This document shows, one piece after another, positions 8,109 to 16,621 of a stretch of DNA of 28,332 bases. The DNA comes from a virus (Duplodnaviria > Caudoviricetes), in the IMG/VR virus record IMGVR_UViG_3300005573_001625, positions 1 to 28,332 of that record. One strand, given 5' to 3'. Within the stretch, counting starts at the first letter, position 1. Each line of letters starts with the position of its first letter. Under the pieces are notes generated by a model. The model worked only from the letters and a program-made list of their open reading frames with translations. It made no database searches and was not told where the DNA came from. The position numbers were made by a program, and so were the translations under genes.

Positions 8109-10355
8109 ATGCGAATAAAATTTCTCGAGAGAATCAAGGGAGCGCTCAAGGGGTTCGCGATGAATCCCCGGCAATTTTTTTATAACATGACATCCTTCGC
8201 CTCGCACTTGAGGCGGAAGTCCGTCGAGTCCGATCCGGCCGGCAACTATGCCGGATGGGTTTATGCGTCTCTCTCGAAAAGAGCGAAGCGCGTCGCGGCG
8301 ATGAAGTTCCATCTGCTCGAGATGGCAGCCAACGGCGACATCGACGAGATCGATGACCATGAGCTGCTCTCGCTGCTCTACCGGGCCAATCCGACACAAT
8401 CGTCCTATCAATTTCTCTACACCCTGGAAATCATGCTCGGCATTTGGGGATCCGCTCCCGTCTACAAGGAGCGCGCCGGCAAGAAGATCGTCAACCTTTG
8501 GCCGCTGCGTCCGGATATGCTGACCATGATCCCGGACCTGAACGGGATGCCGTCATCGTACGAGTACCGCGTCGGCGGCAAGACGCAATCCTTCCCCGCT
8601 GCGGACGTGGTCGTGATCAACGAGCCGAATCCGCTGAACTTCTTGCTCGGCTACTCGCCGCTGCAAGCTGCCGGCCTCGAAATCGATGCGGACATGGCCG
8701 CCGCCGTCTGGAATAAGTCGCTGCTCGAGAATTGGGCGGAGCCTGGCGTCGTCTTAACGACCGAACAGAAGCTCGACGATAAAGAGTTCGAGCGGCTGCA
8801 AAAAACCTGGAATGCCCGCAACGCCGGCCCGGGCAACGCCGGCAGGACCGCGCTGCTCGAGAAGGGCCTCAAGCCGGAGAAGATGGGCCGCTCGCCGCAG
8901 GAGATGGACATGGTCGAGAATCGGAAATTCCATCGCTCGGCCATCACCTCGATCCTGGGCGTGCCGATTTCTCTGATGGCGCCGGAAGATTCCAATCTCG
9001 CCAACACGGAAGCCGCCGAGAGGATCTTCTGCAAAGACACGATCGAGCCGCAGATGACGCTCATTATTTCCACGCTTAACGAGTTCATGGTCCCGGAGTT
9101 CGGAGATAATCTGTATCTGGATTTCGATTCCCCGGTCCCGGAAGACGTCAATCAAAAGATCACCCTGGCGACGGCCGGCGCTGCCGCGGCCTTCATGACC
9201 AAAAACGAGCAGCGCGAGATCTTCAACCTGCCGCCGCTCAAGGGCGGGGATTCGATCTTCGTGCCGCTCGGCCTCATCCCGCAAGTCGGCGACGAGGTAG
9301 ATCTCGAAGCGCTGAAATCCGCCGCGGCCAATCCGGTCGCGTACAAAGAGCTCCCGGTCAAAGCCGGCGAGCGCGTGAATAAGAAGCACGCCGAGATCCG
9401 CAGATACCTCAAGGCCCGGACCTATCTGCGCCGCAAGCTGCTCGAGGGCATCCAGAAACGCTCCTACGAGATGATCACGGACCTCCTGAAAGCTCACGAC
9501 CACGGCAAGGTCAAGGTCAAGATCAAGGGCGCGAAGGCTGTATCAAAAAAAGCGGAAGGGGACGATGATGACGGATCCGATCTCGATCCCCGCTTGAAAG
9601 CCGAACGGATCGAATTTCTGAAAAAGCTGCCGAAGGCCGAACGGACATTCCGGACCAGGATCAAGTCTTACTTCGCCTCGCAGCGCGACGAGGTCCTGAA
9701 AAATCTGGAAGACGAAGGGCTGCCGAAAGCTCAAGCCGGCAGACTGGCGACGAAGGCCAACGTCGGCAAGTGGATCAATAAAATTCTCTTTGACAAAAAA
9801 AAGCAGGACGATCTTCTGCTCAACATCGCCGGCGAAATGTATAAGGACAACATCCGGACCGGCGCCGAAGCGGTGGCCGGCTTGCTCGGCCTCGATCCTT
9901 CCGAGATCTTAGGCTCGCCATTCGTCATCGACTTCATCCAGGACCGCTCCTTCCTCATGCTCGCGGTCAACGAGACGACCACGGCCGATCTGAAAGCGAC
10001 ACTCGAAGAAGGAGTCGCGCTCGGCGAAAACGGCGGCCAGATCCGGGACCGCATTTCCAAAGTCTACGACGCCGCCCAGGGCTTCCGTGCTGAAACGATA
10101 GCCAGAACGGAAACCACGTCCGCGCAAAACTTTGGCCGCCTGGCGGAAATGGAGAATCAGAAGGTCTCGAAAAAAGTCTGGATCGCGACGCTCTCCAAAA
10201 CCCGCGACGCGCACATCGAAGCCAACGGCCAGGTCGTGCCGGTCAATGAATCGTTCAGCGTCGGAGGCGAGTCTCTCGAGTACCCGGGAGATCCGAGCGG
10301 GTCGCCGGAAAACGTCATCAACTGTCAATGCTCCGTCTCGCCGACGCTCGGCTGA
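8109..10355 (+). CDS. HK97-family portal protein fused to a MuF/SPP1 gp7-like minor head domain (start corrected to ATG 8109)
   Basis: Portal motifs LWPLRPD, GYSPLQAA, GPGNAGRTALLE, MTKNEQREIFNLPP; MuF motifs RAETIARTET, KVWIAT..KTRDAH, PGDP...VINCQC. Confidence 0.93.
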   Translation: MRIKFLERIKGALKGFAMNPRQFFYNMTSFASHLRRKSVESDPAGNYAGWVYASLSKRAKRVAAMKFHLLEMAANGDIDEIDDHELLSLLYRANPTQSSYQFLYTLEIMLGIWGSAPVYKERAGKKIVNLWPLRPDMLTMIPDLNGMPSSYEYRVGGKTQSFPAADVVVINEPNPLNFLLGYSPLQAAGLEIDADMAAAVWNKSLLENWAEPGVVLTTEQKLDDKEFERLQKTWNARNAGPGNAGRTALLEKGLKPEKMGRSPQEMDMVENRKFHRSAITSILGVPISLMAPEDSNLANTEAAERIFCKDTIEPQMTLIISTLNEFMVPEFGDNLYLDFDSPVPEDVNQKITLATAGAAAAFMTKNEQREIFNLPPLKGGDSIFVPLGLIPQVGDEVDLEALKSAAANPVAYKELPVKAGERVNKKHAEIRRYLKARTYLRRKLLEGIQKRSYEMITDLLKAHDHGKVKVKIKGAKAVSKKAEGDDDDGSDLDPRLKAERIEFLKKLPKAERTFRTRIKSYFASQRDEVLKNLEDEGLPKAQAGRLATKANVGKWINKILFDKKKQDDLLLNIAGEMYKDNIRTGAEAVAGLLGLDPSEILGSPFVIDFIQDRSFLMLAVNETTTADLKATLEEGVALGENGGQIRDRISKVYDAAQGFRAETIARTETTSAQNFGRLAEMENQKVSKKVWIATLSKTRDAHIEANGQVVPVNESFSVGGESLEYPGDPSGSPENVINCQCSVSPTLG

Positions 10356-10366
10356 TCCGGCAGCAT

Positions 10367-10482
10367 TTGTCAGATCTTAAATCTTGCGCTATTATTAAAA
10401 CAAATAAGCATCGAGCTCAAGGGCTCACGAAAATCATTCTCAAGGGAATGGCTATCGTGAGCCTTTTTATTAAGAAAACAAT
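10367..10482 (+). promoter_or_regulatory. Leader B: sigma70-like promoter plus structured attenuator-like leader of the protease/capsid/tail operon
   Basis: TTGTCA(10367)-17 nt-TATTAT(10390); ATCGAGCTCAAGG; stem GGCTCACGA/TCGTGAGCC; inner CATTC-TCAAGG-GAATG; T-tract. Confidence 0.78.
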
Positions 10483-11442
10483 ATGGACAAAATCAAAGCA
10501 AAAATCATCACCCGGGAGATTGAAGGCCAAAAAGTCGAGCTGCATCAGTTAGGCTTCAAGGCTGATCTGAAAGTTGTGTCCGAAGATGACGATAAGTGGA
10601 TCGTCGAGGGCTACGCCTCCGTCTTCGGCAATGTTGATTCCTATCAGGAAGTCGTAGACAAGGGCGCCTTCGATGCCTGGATCAAGGAACACTTCCCGCG
10701 CTATCCGAAATTTATCTGGGCTCATGACTGGTCCAAGCCACTCGGACCGACGCTCGAAGTCCATGAAGACGAGATCGGCTTATTCTGCCGCGGCGAACTT
10801 TTGAAGGACGTCGAACAGGCCCGCGAAGCGTACGCCCTGATCAAGTCCGGCGCCATGACTGACCTCTCCTTCGGCTTCTCCGTGAAAGAAGATTCCTTCG
10901 ACTACGAGGCCGGCGTCCGCCACTTGAAGCAGATCGCGATCTACGAATGGAGCCCGGTCTTAGTCGGCGCCAATCCGAAGGCCACGATCACCGGCGTCAA
11001 AGATGATCCCGCCAATCCTTCCAATACTGACACGGCTCCGGCCGCCGAGCCCGCTGCGCCCGCAGCAGAGCCCGCCGCCGCAGCCGATCCGAATCCCGTT
11101 TCAACTGATCCGCAGAATCCCGCTCCCGCTGACTCCGGGGATGGGAAAACCGCACAGCCGGCCGAAGTGAAGGCCGGGAGAGTCCTGTCTGCGAAGAACA
11201 TCTCCATCGTGGAAGCTGCGATGGAAGCGATGCAGACTGCTATCGATGCACTCGAAGCCTTACTTGAGGCAGCAGAGGAATCCGGGTCCGCAAGCCTGGA
11301 TAATACTTCGGTCGATCAGCGTGGATCGGATCCCGGCACGATGCGAGTCGTGAAGGCGATTCTGAAAGACGCTCGGAAGGCGGACAAGGTGGCCGAATCG
11401 GTCATCATCCGCGCGAAATCAATCCTAAATCAAGGAGAATAA
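10483..11442 (+). CDS. HK97-family prohead protease with Pro/Ala linker and helical C-terminal extension
   Basis: VEGYASVFGNVD, WAHDW (His), LSFGF (Ser), YEWSPVLVGANP (Glu); KAGRVLSAKN motif. Confidence 0.95.
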   Translation: MDKIKAKIITREIEGQKVELHQLGFKADLKVVSEDDDKWIVEGYASVFGNVDSYQEVVDKGAFDAWIKEHFPRYPKFIWAHDWSKPLGPTLEVHEDEIGLFCRGELLKDVEQAREAYALIKSGAMTDLSFGFSVKEDSFDYEAGVRHLKQIAIYEWSPVLVGANPKATITGVKDDPANPSNTDTAPAAEPAAPAAEPAAAADPNPVSTDPQNPAPADSGDGKTAQPAEVKAGRVLSAKNISIVEAAMEAMQTAIDALEALLEAAEESGSASLDNTSVDQRGSDPGTMRVVKAILKDARKADKVAESVIIRAKSILNQGE

Positions 11443-11444
11443 AC

Positions 11445-12557
11445 ATGAATAAAATCATGCTACAACTCGAAGACGGCAAGGAAGTCGATTTGATGGAAGT
11501 CATTTCGAAAGCCTCCGTCGAACAGCTTGAAAAAGCTGGCTTCCCGATGGAAGGTGGCAAGGTCAATTTCTCTCAACTGCCTGGCGCGGTGAAAACCGAA
11601 GCCCAGGAAAAGAGCGAGAAGATGGCCGTCGCTGCCAATTTCATCAAGTCAATGGTCCTCCCTGAAAAGATGCACGCAAAATATGGCGTGAAGGCAATCA
11701 CCACGGACTCCGGTTCGTTCGGCGCTGCCGTCCCGACAGAATTGGCCTCTGCCATCTTAGAGAAGAAGGCAAAGTTTTCAGTCCTTCGCTCCCGGGCCTT
11801 TGCGTTCGAATTGTCTGGCAAGTTCGATCTTCCGACGGAAGACGACGGCATCACCGGCTACTGGGTCGGCGAATCAGACACCTCTGACGCTAACCTGGTT
11901 ACGGAGTCTGCTCCTACTTTGGGGCATACTGCCCTCGATGATCATTACCTGGCTGCTCTCGTCAAGGTTTCCTGGAAGTTGCTCAATACCTCCGACTTCA
12001 ATATCGTGAATTTCGTCGCCTCTCTCGCCGGTCGCAAACTGGCCGAGACCGAAGAAACCGCGTTCATTGGCGGATCTGGTACTGGTCAACCGAAAGGCAT
12101 TCGCTCCGAGACCTTGCAGTCAGTCGGACAAGCCGGCGCCTCCCTGGACTATCAGGATTTGGTCAACTTGTACTTCTTGCTTCCCGCGCAGTATCGCGCG
12201 AACGCGGTCTTCATAACCTCGTCTATGGGAGCTAAGGCCATCACCGGCTTGAAGGACTCGACCGATCGCCCGATCTTCCAGCCTGGACAGCCGCTCGACG
12301 AGATCTTCCGCAAGCCTCTCCTGGAATCCGCTGACATTCCCGAAAACCTCGGCAATGGTCAGGACACAACCGAAGTCTACTTCGGCGATCCGTATTACTA
12401 CTGGATCAAGGACGGCCAGAGCTTGCAGATGGCAACTCAAGACGTCATCGAGAGATTGCAGACGAAGATCCTGGTCTATCAGGCCGTCGACGGTAAGCTG
12501 ACCTTACCGGAGGCGTTCGTGAAGTTGACCGGCGTCAAAGTCGAAGTCGCTTCCTAA
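11445..12557 (+). CDS. Major capsid protein, HK97 fold
   Basis: G..VPTE, WVGE, ETAFIGGSGTGQPKGI, LKDSTDRPIF, YFGD; GGAG SD; follows protease. Confidence 0.95.
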   Translation: MNKIMLQLEDGKEVDLMEVISKASVEQLEKAGFPMEGGKVNFSQLPGAVKTEAQEKSEKMAVAANFIKSMVLPEKMHAKYGVKAITTDSGSFGAAVPTELASAILEKKAKFSVLRSRAFAFELSGKFDLPTEDDGITGYWVGESDTSDANLVTESAPTLGHTALDDHYLAALVKVSWKLLNTSDFNIVNFVASLAGRKLAETEETAFIGGSGTGQPKGIRSETLQSVGQAGASLDYQDLVNLYFLLPAQYRANAVFITSSMGAKAITGLKDSTDRPIFQPGQPLDEIFRKPLLESADIPENLGNGQDTTEVYFGDPYYYWIKDGQSLQMATQDVIERLQTKILVYQAVDGKLTLPEAFVKLTGVKVEVAS

Positions 12558-12566
12558 GCGTAACTT

Positions 12567-12626
12567 TTGCGATCAATCACTCGGATCTCGAGCACTTGCG
12601 TCTCGAGATCCGCAGATCGATCACAA
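12567..12626 (+). terminator. Long hairpin after the capsid gene (terminator, stabiliser or processing site)
   Basis: Perfect 11-bp stem CGGATCTCGAG(12582)/CTCGAGATCCG(12612) plus an imperfect basal stem; no strong U-tract. Confidence 0.55.
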
Positions 12627-12639
12627 TTCAAAAAATTTT

Positions 12640-12900
12640 ATGGAATACATTGTCGTCAGATTCATCGCTCATTATGGGGTCTACCAAAAGGGAGAGATCG
12701 CCAAATTCCCGCGCGAGCGCGGCCATCGTTTGATCGATGCCGGCTACGCGGTCGAACAGGACTCTCACTTTTCCGATGACGGCGCCAGGCTCAAGCACAT
12801 CGCGGAGCCGCCGGCGACGAAGCACATCCCCGGACCGGATGAAACCAAAGACAAAAAGCCCGCAGCCGGCAGGAAGCCGCGCGGCGGAAAAAGGAAATAA
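12640..12900 (+). CDS. Small post-capsid protein (head accessory or packaging-chaperone-like)
   Basis: VRF....YQKGE......RLIDAGYA plus basic tail, typical of the gene following a capsid gene. Confidence 0.65.
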   Translation: MEYIVVRFIAHYGVYQKGEIAKFPRERGHRLIDAGYAVEQDSHFSDDGARLKHIAEPPATKHIPGPDETKDKKPAAGRKPRGGKRK

Positions 12901-12906
12901 AAAGCC

Positions 12907-13524
12907 ATGATGCTCTCAACCATCGCCAAACTCAAAGCTCACCTCGGCATCCCGGCCGCGGACACTTCCAAAGATGCCAAGCTGACGACCATCCTCTCGG
13001 GCGCGAGCACTTACATCGAAGGCCAGACCGCTCGCAAGTTCGCAGCCCAGGTCCATCGCTTGAAACTCTCCGGCGACGGATCTGACGAATTGGTCCTTCC
13101 GCAATACCCGATCGTCAACGCCGGCACGGATGCAGATCCGGATCCGGCCATCACCACGCTCAAGCTCGACGGCGTCGACATCTTAGCCGAAATCGCTGCC
13201 GGCACGATCGAAGTCGACCTGGAAGCGGGGATCCTCTACCGGGAGAATGACTGGCGGGAAGACAAACGCAACATCGAGATCGTTTATAGCGCAGGATTCA
13301 GCCTTCCAAGCGACGAATCCGGCGAGTCCGGGGTTTCGGCCGGCAACGTGCCGGAAGACCTGGAAATGGCCGTTTTAAGGCTTGCAGCGCGAATCTACGA
13401 GCGCAGCACGGCCGAGGGCGTCCAGTCCGTCTCTGCCGGCTCCTTCTCGACCACTTACAAGGACGCCGTCGACGAAGACATCAAGCAAACCATCGCGAGG
13501 CATTCCCGCCTCCGCGTCGGATAA
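12907..13524 (+). CDS. Head-tail connector/adaptor (gp6/gp15-like)
   Basis: LKAHLGI..D.KL...AS.YIE..T.R; IVYSAG; VPEDLEMAVL. Confidence 0.88.
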   Translation: MMLSTIAKLKAHLGIPAADTSKDAKLTTILSGASTYIEGQTARKFAAQVHRLKLSGDGSDELVLPQYPIVNAGTDADPDPAITTLKLDGVDILAEIAAGTIEVDLEAGILYRENDWREDKRNIEIVYSAGFSLPSDESGESGVSAGNVPEDLEMAVLRLAARIYERSTAEGVQSVSAGSFSTTYKDAVDEDIKQTIARHSRLRVG

Positions 13525-13529
13525 AAACC

Positions 13530-13859
13530 ATGCTCAACACAAACACCCTCTCAATCTATCGCCTCACGCAGCCGGATCCGGACGAATCCGGGTCCTTTGA
13601 GTATATGCGGGCCTTCGAAGACACCGGCCGCATCATTACCGGCTTCATGGAATCCGCGCCGCCGGAAGTCGCGGCCATCGTCGACGGGCAATTCGGCAAG
13701 ACCTTCCGCTTCTACTCCGACGATCTGGAAGTCGACCTCGCGATCGGAGACAGGCTCGTCGCCGGCTCGAACATTTACGACGTGAAAGGAGTTCAGCGAT
13801 CAGTCAACGCTCCCGGCCGGAAGGTCGAGATCGTCCTGGTCCAGCCGATTCAACCTTAA
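13530..13859 (+). CDS. Head closure/stopper protein
   Basis: Position; IGDRLV....YDVKGV motif. Confidence 0.72.
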   Translation: MLNTNTLSIYRLTQPDPDESGSFEYMRAFEDTGRIITGFMESAPPEVAAIVDGQFGKTFRFYSDDLEVDLAIGDRLVAGSNIYDVKGVQRSVNAPGRKVEIVLVQPIQP

Positions 13860-13871
13860 TTCGAAAATTAT

Positions 13872-14363
13872 ATGGAGTTTAAGATGCAGCTCGAAGGCAA
13901 GCTCCTCGAGAAAATCAAAGTCGCAGACAAGCGATCGAAACAGGTTTTCCAGGATGCCATGAGCGACGCCTCAACGGTCGTCATGGAAGCCTCGATCCGG
14001 GAAGCGCCCGGATCTACCGGCAAGCTCCGGCAATCGATCCGCCGGGACCTCTCGGAATCTGGCCTTCGCGCTGAAATCTACCCGAGCGTAAAGTACGGAG
14101 AATATCTCCACGGACCATTTGACGAAAGTCAGAAGCGGTCCGCTCCTCACCTGATTCCGGCGCGGGAAGCTCAAGAAGGCGGCACACTCTACCGATGGGC
14201 CAAAAAAAAGGGAGCCAATCCCTGGGCAGTCCGGGCCATCATCGCCAAGCGCGGCAGCAAGTTCAATCCCTATTTGAAAACCGCAGCGGAGAAAAGTGAG
14301 CCGACAGTCAAAACGATTTTCGAAAGGTCGATCGAAAAAGTGGCTCAATTTTTAGGAGACTAA
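13872..14363 (+). CDS. HK97 gp10-like neck/tail-completion protein
   Basis: APGSTGKLRQSI, YG.YL, NPYLKTA motifs. Confidence 0.82.
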   Translation: MEFKMQLEGKLLEKIKVADKRSKQVFQDAMSDASTVVMEASIREAPGSTGKLRQSIRRDLSESGLRAEIYPSVKYGEYLHGPFDESQKRSAPHLIPAREAQEGGTLYRWAKKKGANPWAVRAIIAKRGSKFNPYLKTAAEKSEPTVKTIFERSIEKVAQFLGD

Positions 14364-14364
14364 T

Positions 14365-14790
14365 ATGTACCAAACCATCAGATCCAAAATCATCGAAGTC
14401 ATCAACAACAACGCGGACAAAATCGCCGCTGCCTACCGCACGGACCGCAGCGACATCTCCGCATTCCCGGCCGCGCTGATCATCCCCGGAGCGCTCGAGG
14501 CCAGTTATCACCAGACCTCGCCAGGCTCCAACAAAGAGATCTATGACTTCACGATCCGCGTGATCTATCCGTTCACGGAAGGCCAGGACACCGCCGACAT
14601 CGCGCTCGAACAGGCGATCGACGAGCTGCTCACGATCTTCCGGGACCGCAAGATCCTCGGAAACGCCGCCGATTGGGTCGTCCCGGTCAGCGTCAATCCC
14701 TGGGGCTACATGGACCGCGCCGGCGGCACGGCCCGGGTCGCAGAACTCCGGATCCAGGCGGTAAGGCACATTGATCCGAGTAATCCATGA
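14365..14790 (+). CDS. Tail terminator protein (putative)
   Basis: Position before tail tube; FPA motif; size 141 aa; GGAG SD. Confidence 0.68.
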   Translation: MYQTIRSKIIEVINNNADKIAAAYRTDRSDISAFPAALIIPGALEASYHQTSPGSNKEIYDFTIRVIYPFTEGQDTADIALEQAIDELLTIFRDRKILGNAADWVVPVSVNPWGYMDRAGGTARVAELRIQAVRHIDPSNP

Positions 14791-14960
14791 CATCAAAAAA
14801 TAAAAAACCTGGCGGCGCAAAGCCTCGCGTGAAAGTCGAAACCCGCGAGCAAAGCAGCGGAGACGTCGTCATGGAAGTATCATTCCACTTTCCGCGCAGG
14901 GGCGTCTCAATCAAAGCGAGATCCCTGGCCGAAGCAACCGCAAAGCTCGGCAAAAAATAA
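14787..14960 (+). CDS. Small basic protein (57 aa, not in ORF track)
   Basis: MTSKNKKPGGAKPRVKVETREQSSGDVVMEVSFHFPRRGVSIKARSLAEATAKLGKK; ATGA coupling. Confidence 0.62.
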   Translation: MTSKNKKPGGAKPRVKVETREQSSGDVVMEVSFHFPRRGVSIKARSLAEATAKLGKK

Positions 14961-14994
14961 CTTTATCAATCAATTAAAATCATAAAAAAAATAT

Positions 14995-15999
14995 ATGCTA
15001 CAACGAGGAGAAGAAGTCATCATCGGCCTGGGCGTGGAAGAAACCCGCGGCACGGCCGTCGCTCCCCAGGTTTTCATCCCGGGGCGCACTCCGACCGGCA
15101 TCGCTCCGGTCGTGGAAAAAGTCGCGATGAAGGAAACCCGCGGCTCAAAGATCGCATCACACGCCATCGAGATCACGCAGAAACGGGCCGAAGGAGATCT
15201 CGAGTTTAACGTCCGATCCAATTCCATCGGCTACATCCTGAAATCATTATTCGGCAGCCTGGAATCCGCGCCCGTCGGCGGCCAGTCCGGAGTCTACACA
15301 CACACGATCAACGTGCTCGAGTCGAATCCGGAGCATCCGTCCCTGACCCTGGCGCTCTCGCAGCCACAGGTCCAGGATTACAAGTATAAGCTGGCCGTGG
15401 TCTCGGCTCTGTCTCTGGACATTACGCCGGATGACTTAATCGTCGGGACCGCCTCCTTCATTGCCTCCAATGAAGAAGAAGCGACTCCGGACTACGAGCC
15501 GGCCTTCTCCGATGATGACGTATTATTCCGCCATCAGGACATCGCCATCAAGCTCGCCGATACGGAAGCCGGCCTCGGCGCGGCAACCGCGCTCAAGGTC
15601 AAGAACTTCAAGCTCGATCTGCCAAACGGCGCCCGCGTCGACCAGAACGTCTCCGAGCTCAACCCGGGGAATATCCTGGCCTCAACCTTCGAGATGAAGG
15701 GATCCTTCGAGCTCGACCTGGAAAGCACGGACCTCCATGACGCATACTTCGGCGGCGATTATCAGGCATTACAGATCACGATCGAGCGAACAGACGTAAC
15801 CATCGGCTCGACTGCTCATCCGAAACTGGTCATCACCTTCCCGAAGATCTCGATCGATAAGTGGACTCCGAATCGTCCGATCGACGACGTGGTCCGCGAG
15901 CAGATCGACTTCGTGATTCACTACGACGAATCGAGCTCAAAGGCCGTCCATGCAGAGCTGACCAATACGGTCGCAGCCTACACGGAATCAGAAAGCTAA
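14995..15999 (+). CDS. Major tail tube protein
   Basis: IGLGVEETRGTAVAP N-terminus, YTHT, PSLTL, beta-rich; position before chaperones and TMP. Confidence 0.88.
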   Translation: MLQRGEEVIIGLGVEETRGTAVAPQVFIPGRTPTGIAPVVEKVAMKETRGSKIASHAIEITQKRAEGDLEFNVRSNSIGYILKSLFGSLESAPVGGQSGVYTHTINVLESNPEHPSLTLALSQPQVQDYKYKLAVVSALSLDITPDDLIVGTASFIASNEEEATPDYEPAFSDDDVLFRHQDIAIKLADTEAGLGAATALKVKNFKLDLPNGARVDQNVSELNPGNILASTFEMKGSFELDLESTDLHDAYFGGDYQALQITIERTDVTIGSTAHPKLVITFPKISIDKWTPNRPIDDVVREQIDFVIHYDESSSKAVHAELTNTVAAYTESES

Positions 16000-16011
16000 T
16001 ATCAATCAATC

Positions 16012-16044
16012 GATGGCCGCCGGCTGAAAGGTCAGGCGGCCATC
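16012..16044 (+). other. Hairpin after the tail tube gene
   Basis: GATGGCCGCC...GGCGGCCATC 10-bp stem around a GAAA-containing inner loop. Confidence 0.55.
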
Positions 16045-16063
16045 ATAAAAGGGAGAATGGTTT

Positions 16064-16414
16064 ATGGATAACGAAAGAGAGACTCGAGCCATCACTACGC
16101 CGAGCGGCGTGGCCGTGGTCATCAATTCCTACATGACCGGCGGCGAGCAGATGGATCTCGAGGCAGTCGCGATCGAAGCCGGCATCGACAATGTTGACGG
16201 CCGCTCCGGAAGTGTCAAAATGAACGCGGAATCCGCCTATCGCAAGCGTCTCCGCAAACTGGTCGACATCATGGTCATCTCCGTCGCCGGCGAAAGCGAC
16301 AAGGAGAAGATCTGGACCGCTTTGAAAAATCTCAAATCTATCGATTATAATTTCGTCATGAAAGAAGTCGAGACGGCCGCTGCCGGCTTGACTCCCGCTG
16401 AAATAAAAAAATAG
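16064..16414 (+). CDS. Tail assembly chaperone (lambda gpG analogue)
   Basis: Between tail tube and TMP; ends at slippery A-AAA-AAA-TAG. Confidence 0.85.
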   Translation: MDNERETRAITTPSGVAVVINSYMTGGEQMDLEAVAIEAGIDNVDGRSGSVKMNAESAYRKRLRKLVDIMVISVAGESDKEKIWTALKNLKSIDYNFVMKEVETAAAGLTPAEIKK

Positions 16415-16617
16415 CAGCGAGCTATCGACGGCTGCTCGAAGGCAACCGCGCAGCGCTCGATCCGAGGCAAAAGATCTTCGAAGTCGCGCGATACCTCGGC
16501 ATCAGTTATCGAGAGCTCATGGATTCTCCGAAATGGTTTTACCAGATCGCGGAGATCCGGATGACAGAAGATGCGGAATACCAGGATTTCATGAGGAAGA
16601 AAAATAAAGTCAAATAA
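16405..16617 (+). CDS. -1 frameshift extension of the tail chaperone (gpGT analogue)
   Basis: Open -1 frame KIAASYRRLL...ARYLGISYRELMDSPKWFY...KVK ending 4 nt before the TMP ATG; no own start near its 5' end. Confidence 0.85.
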   Translation, partial: KKIAASYRRLLEGNRAALDPRQKIFEVARYLGISYRELMDSPKWFYQIAEIRMTEDAEYQDFMRKKNKVK

Positions 16618-16621
16618 TTTT

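Noticed and set aside
9960-10355. MuF polymorphic toxin
   Set aside because: The MuF domain ends right after NCQC with no toxin extension, and no immunity-like gene follows.
11032-11085. APAAEPAAPAAEPAAAA repeat in the protease
   Set aside because: It is an ordinary low-complexity linker, not a DNA repeat array.
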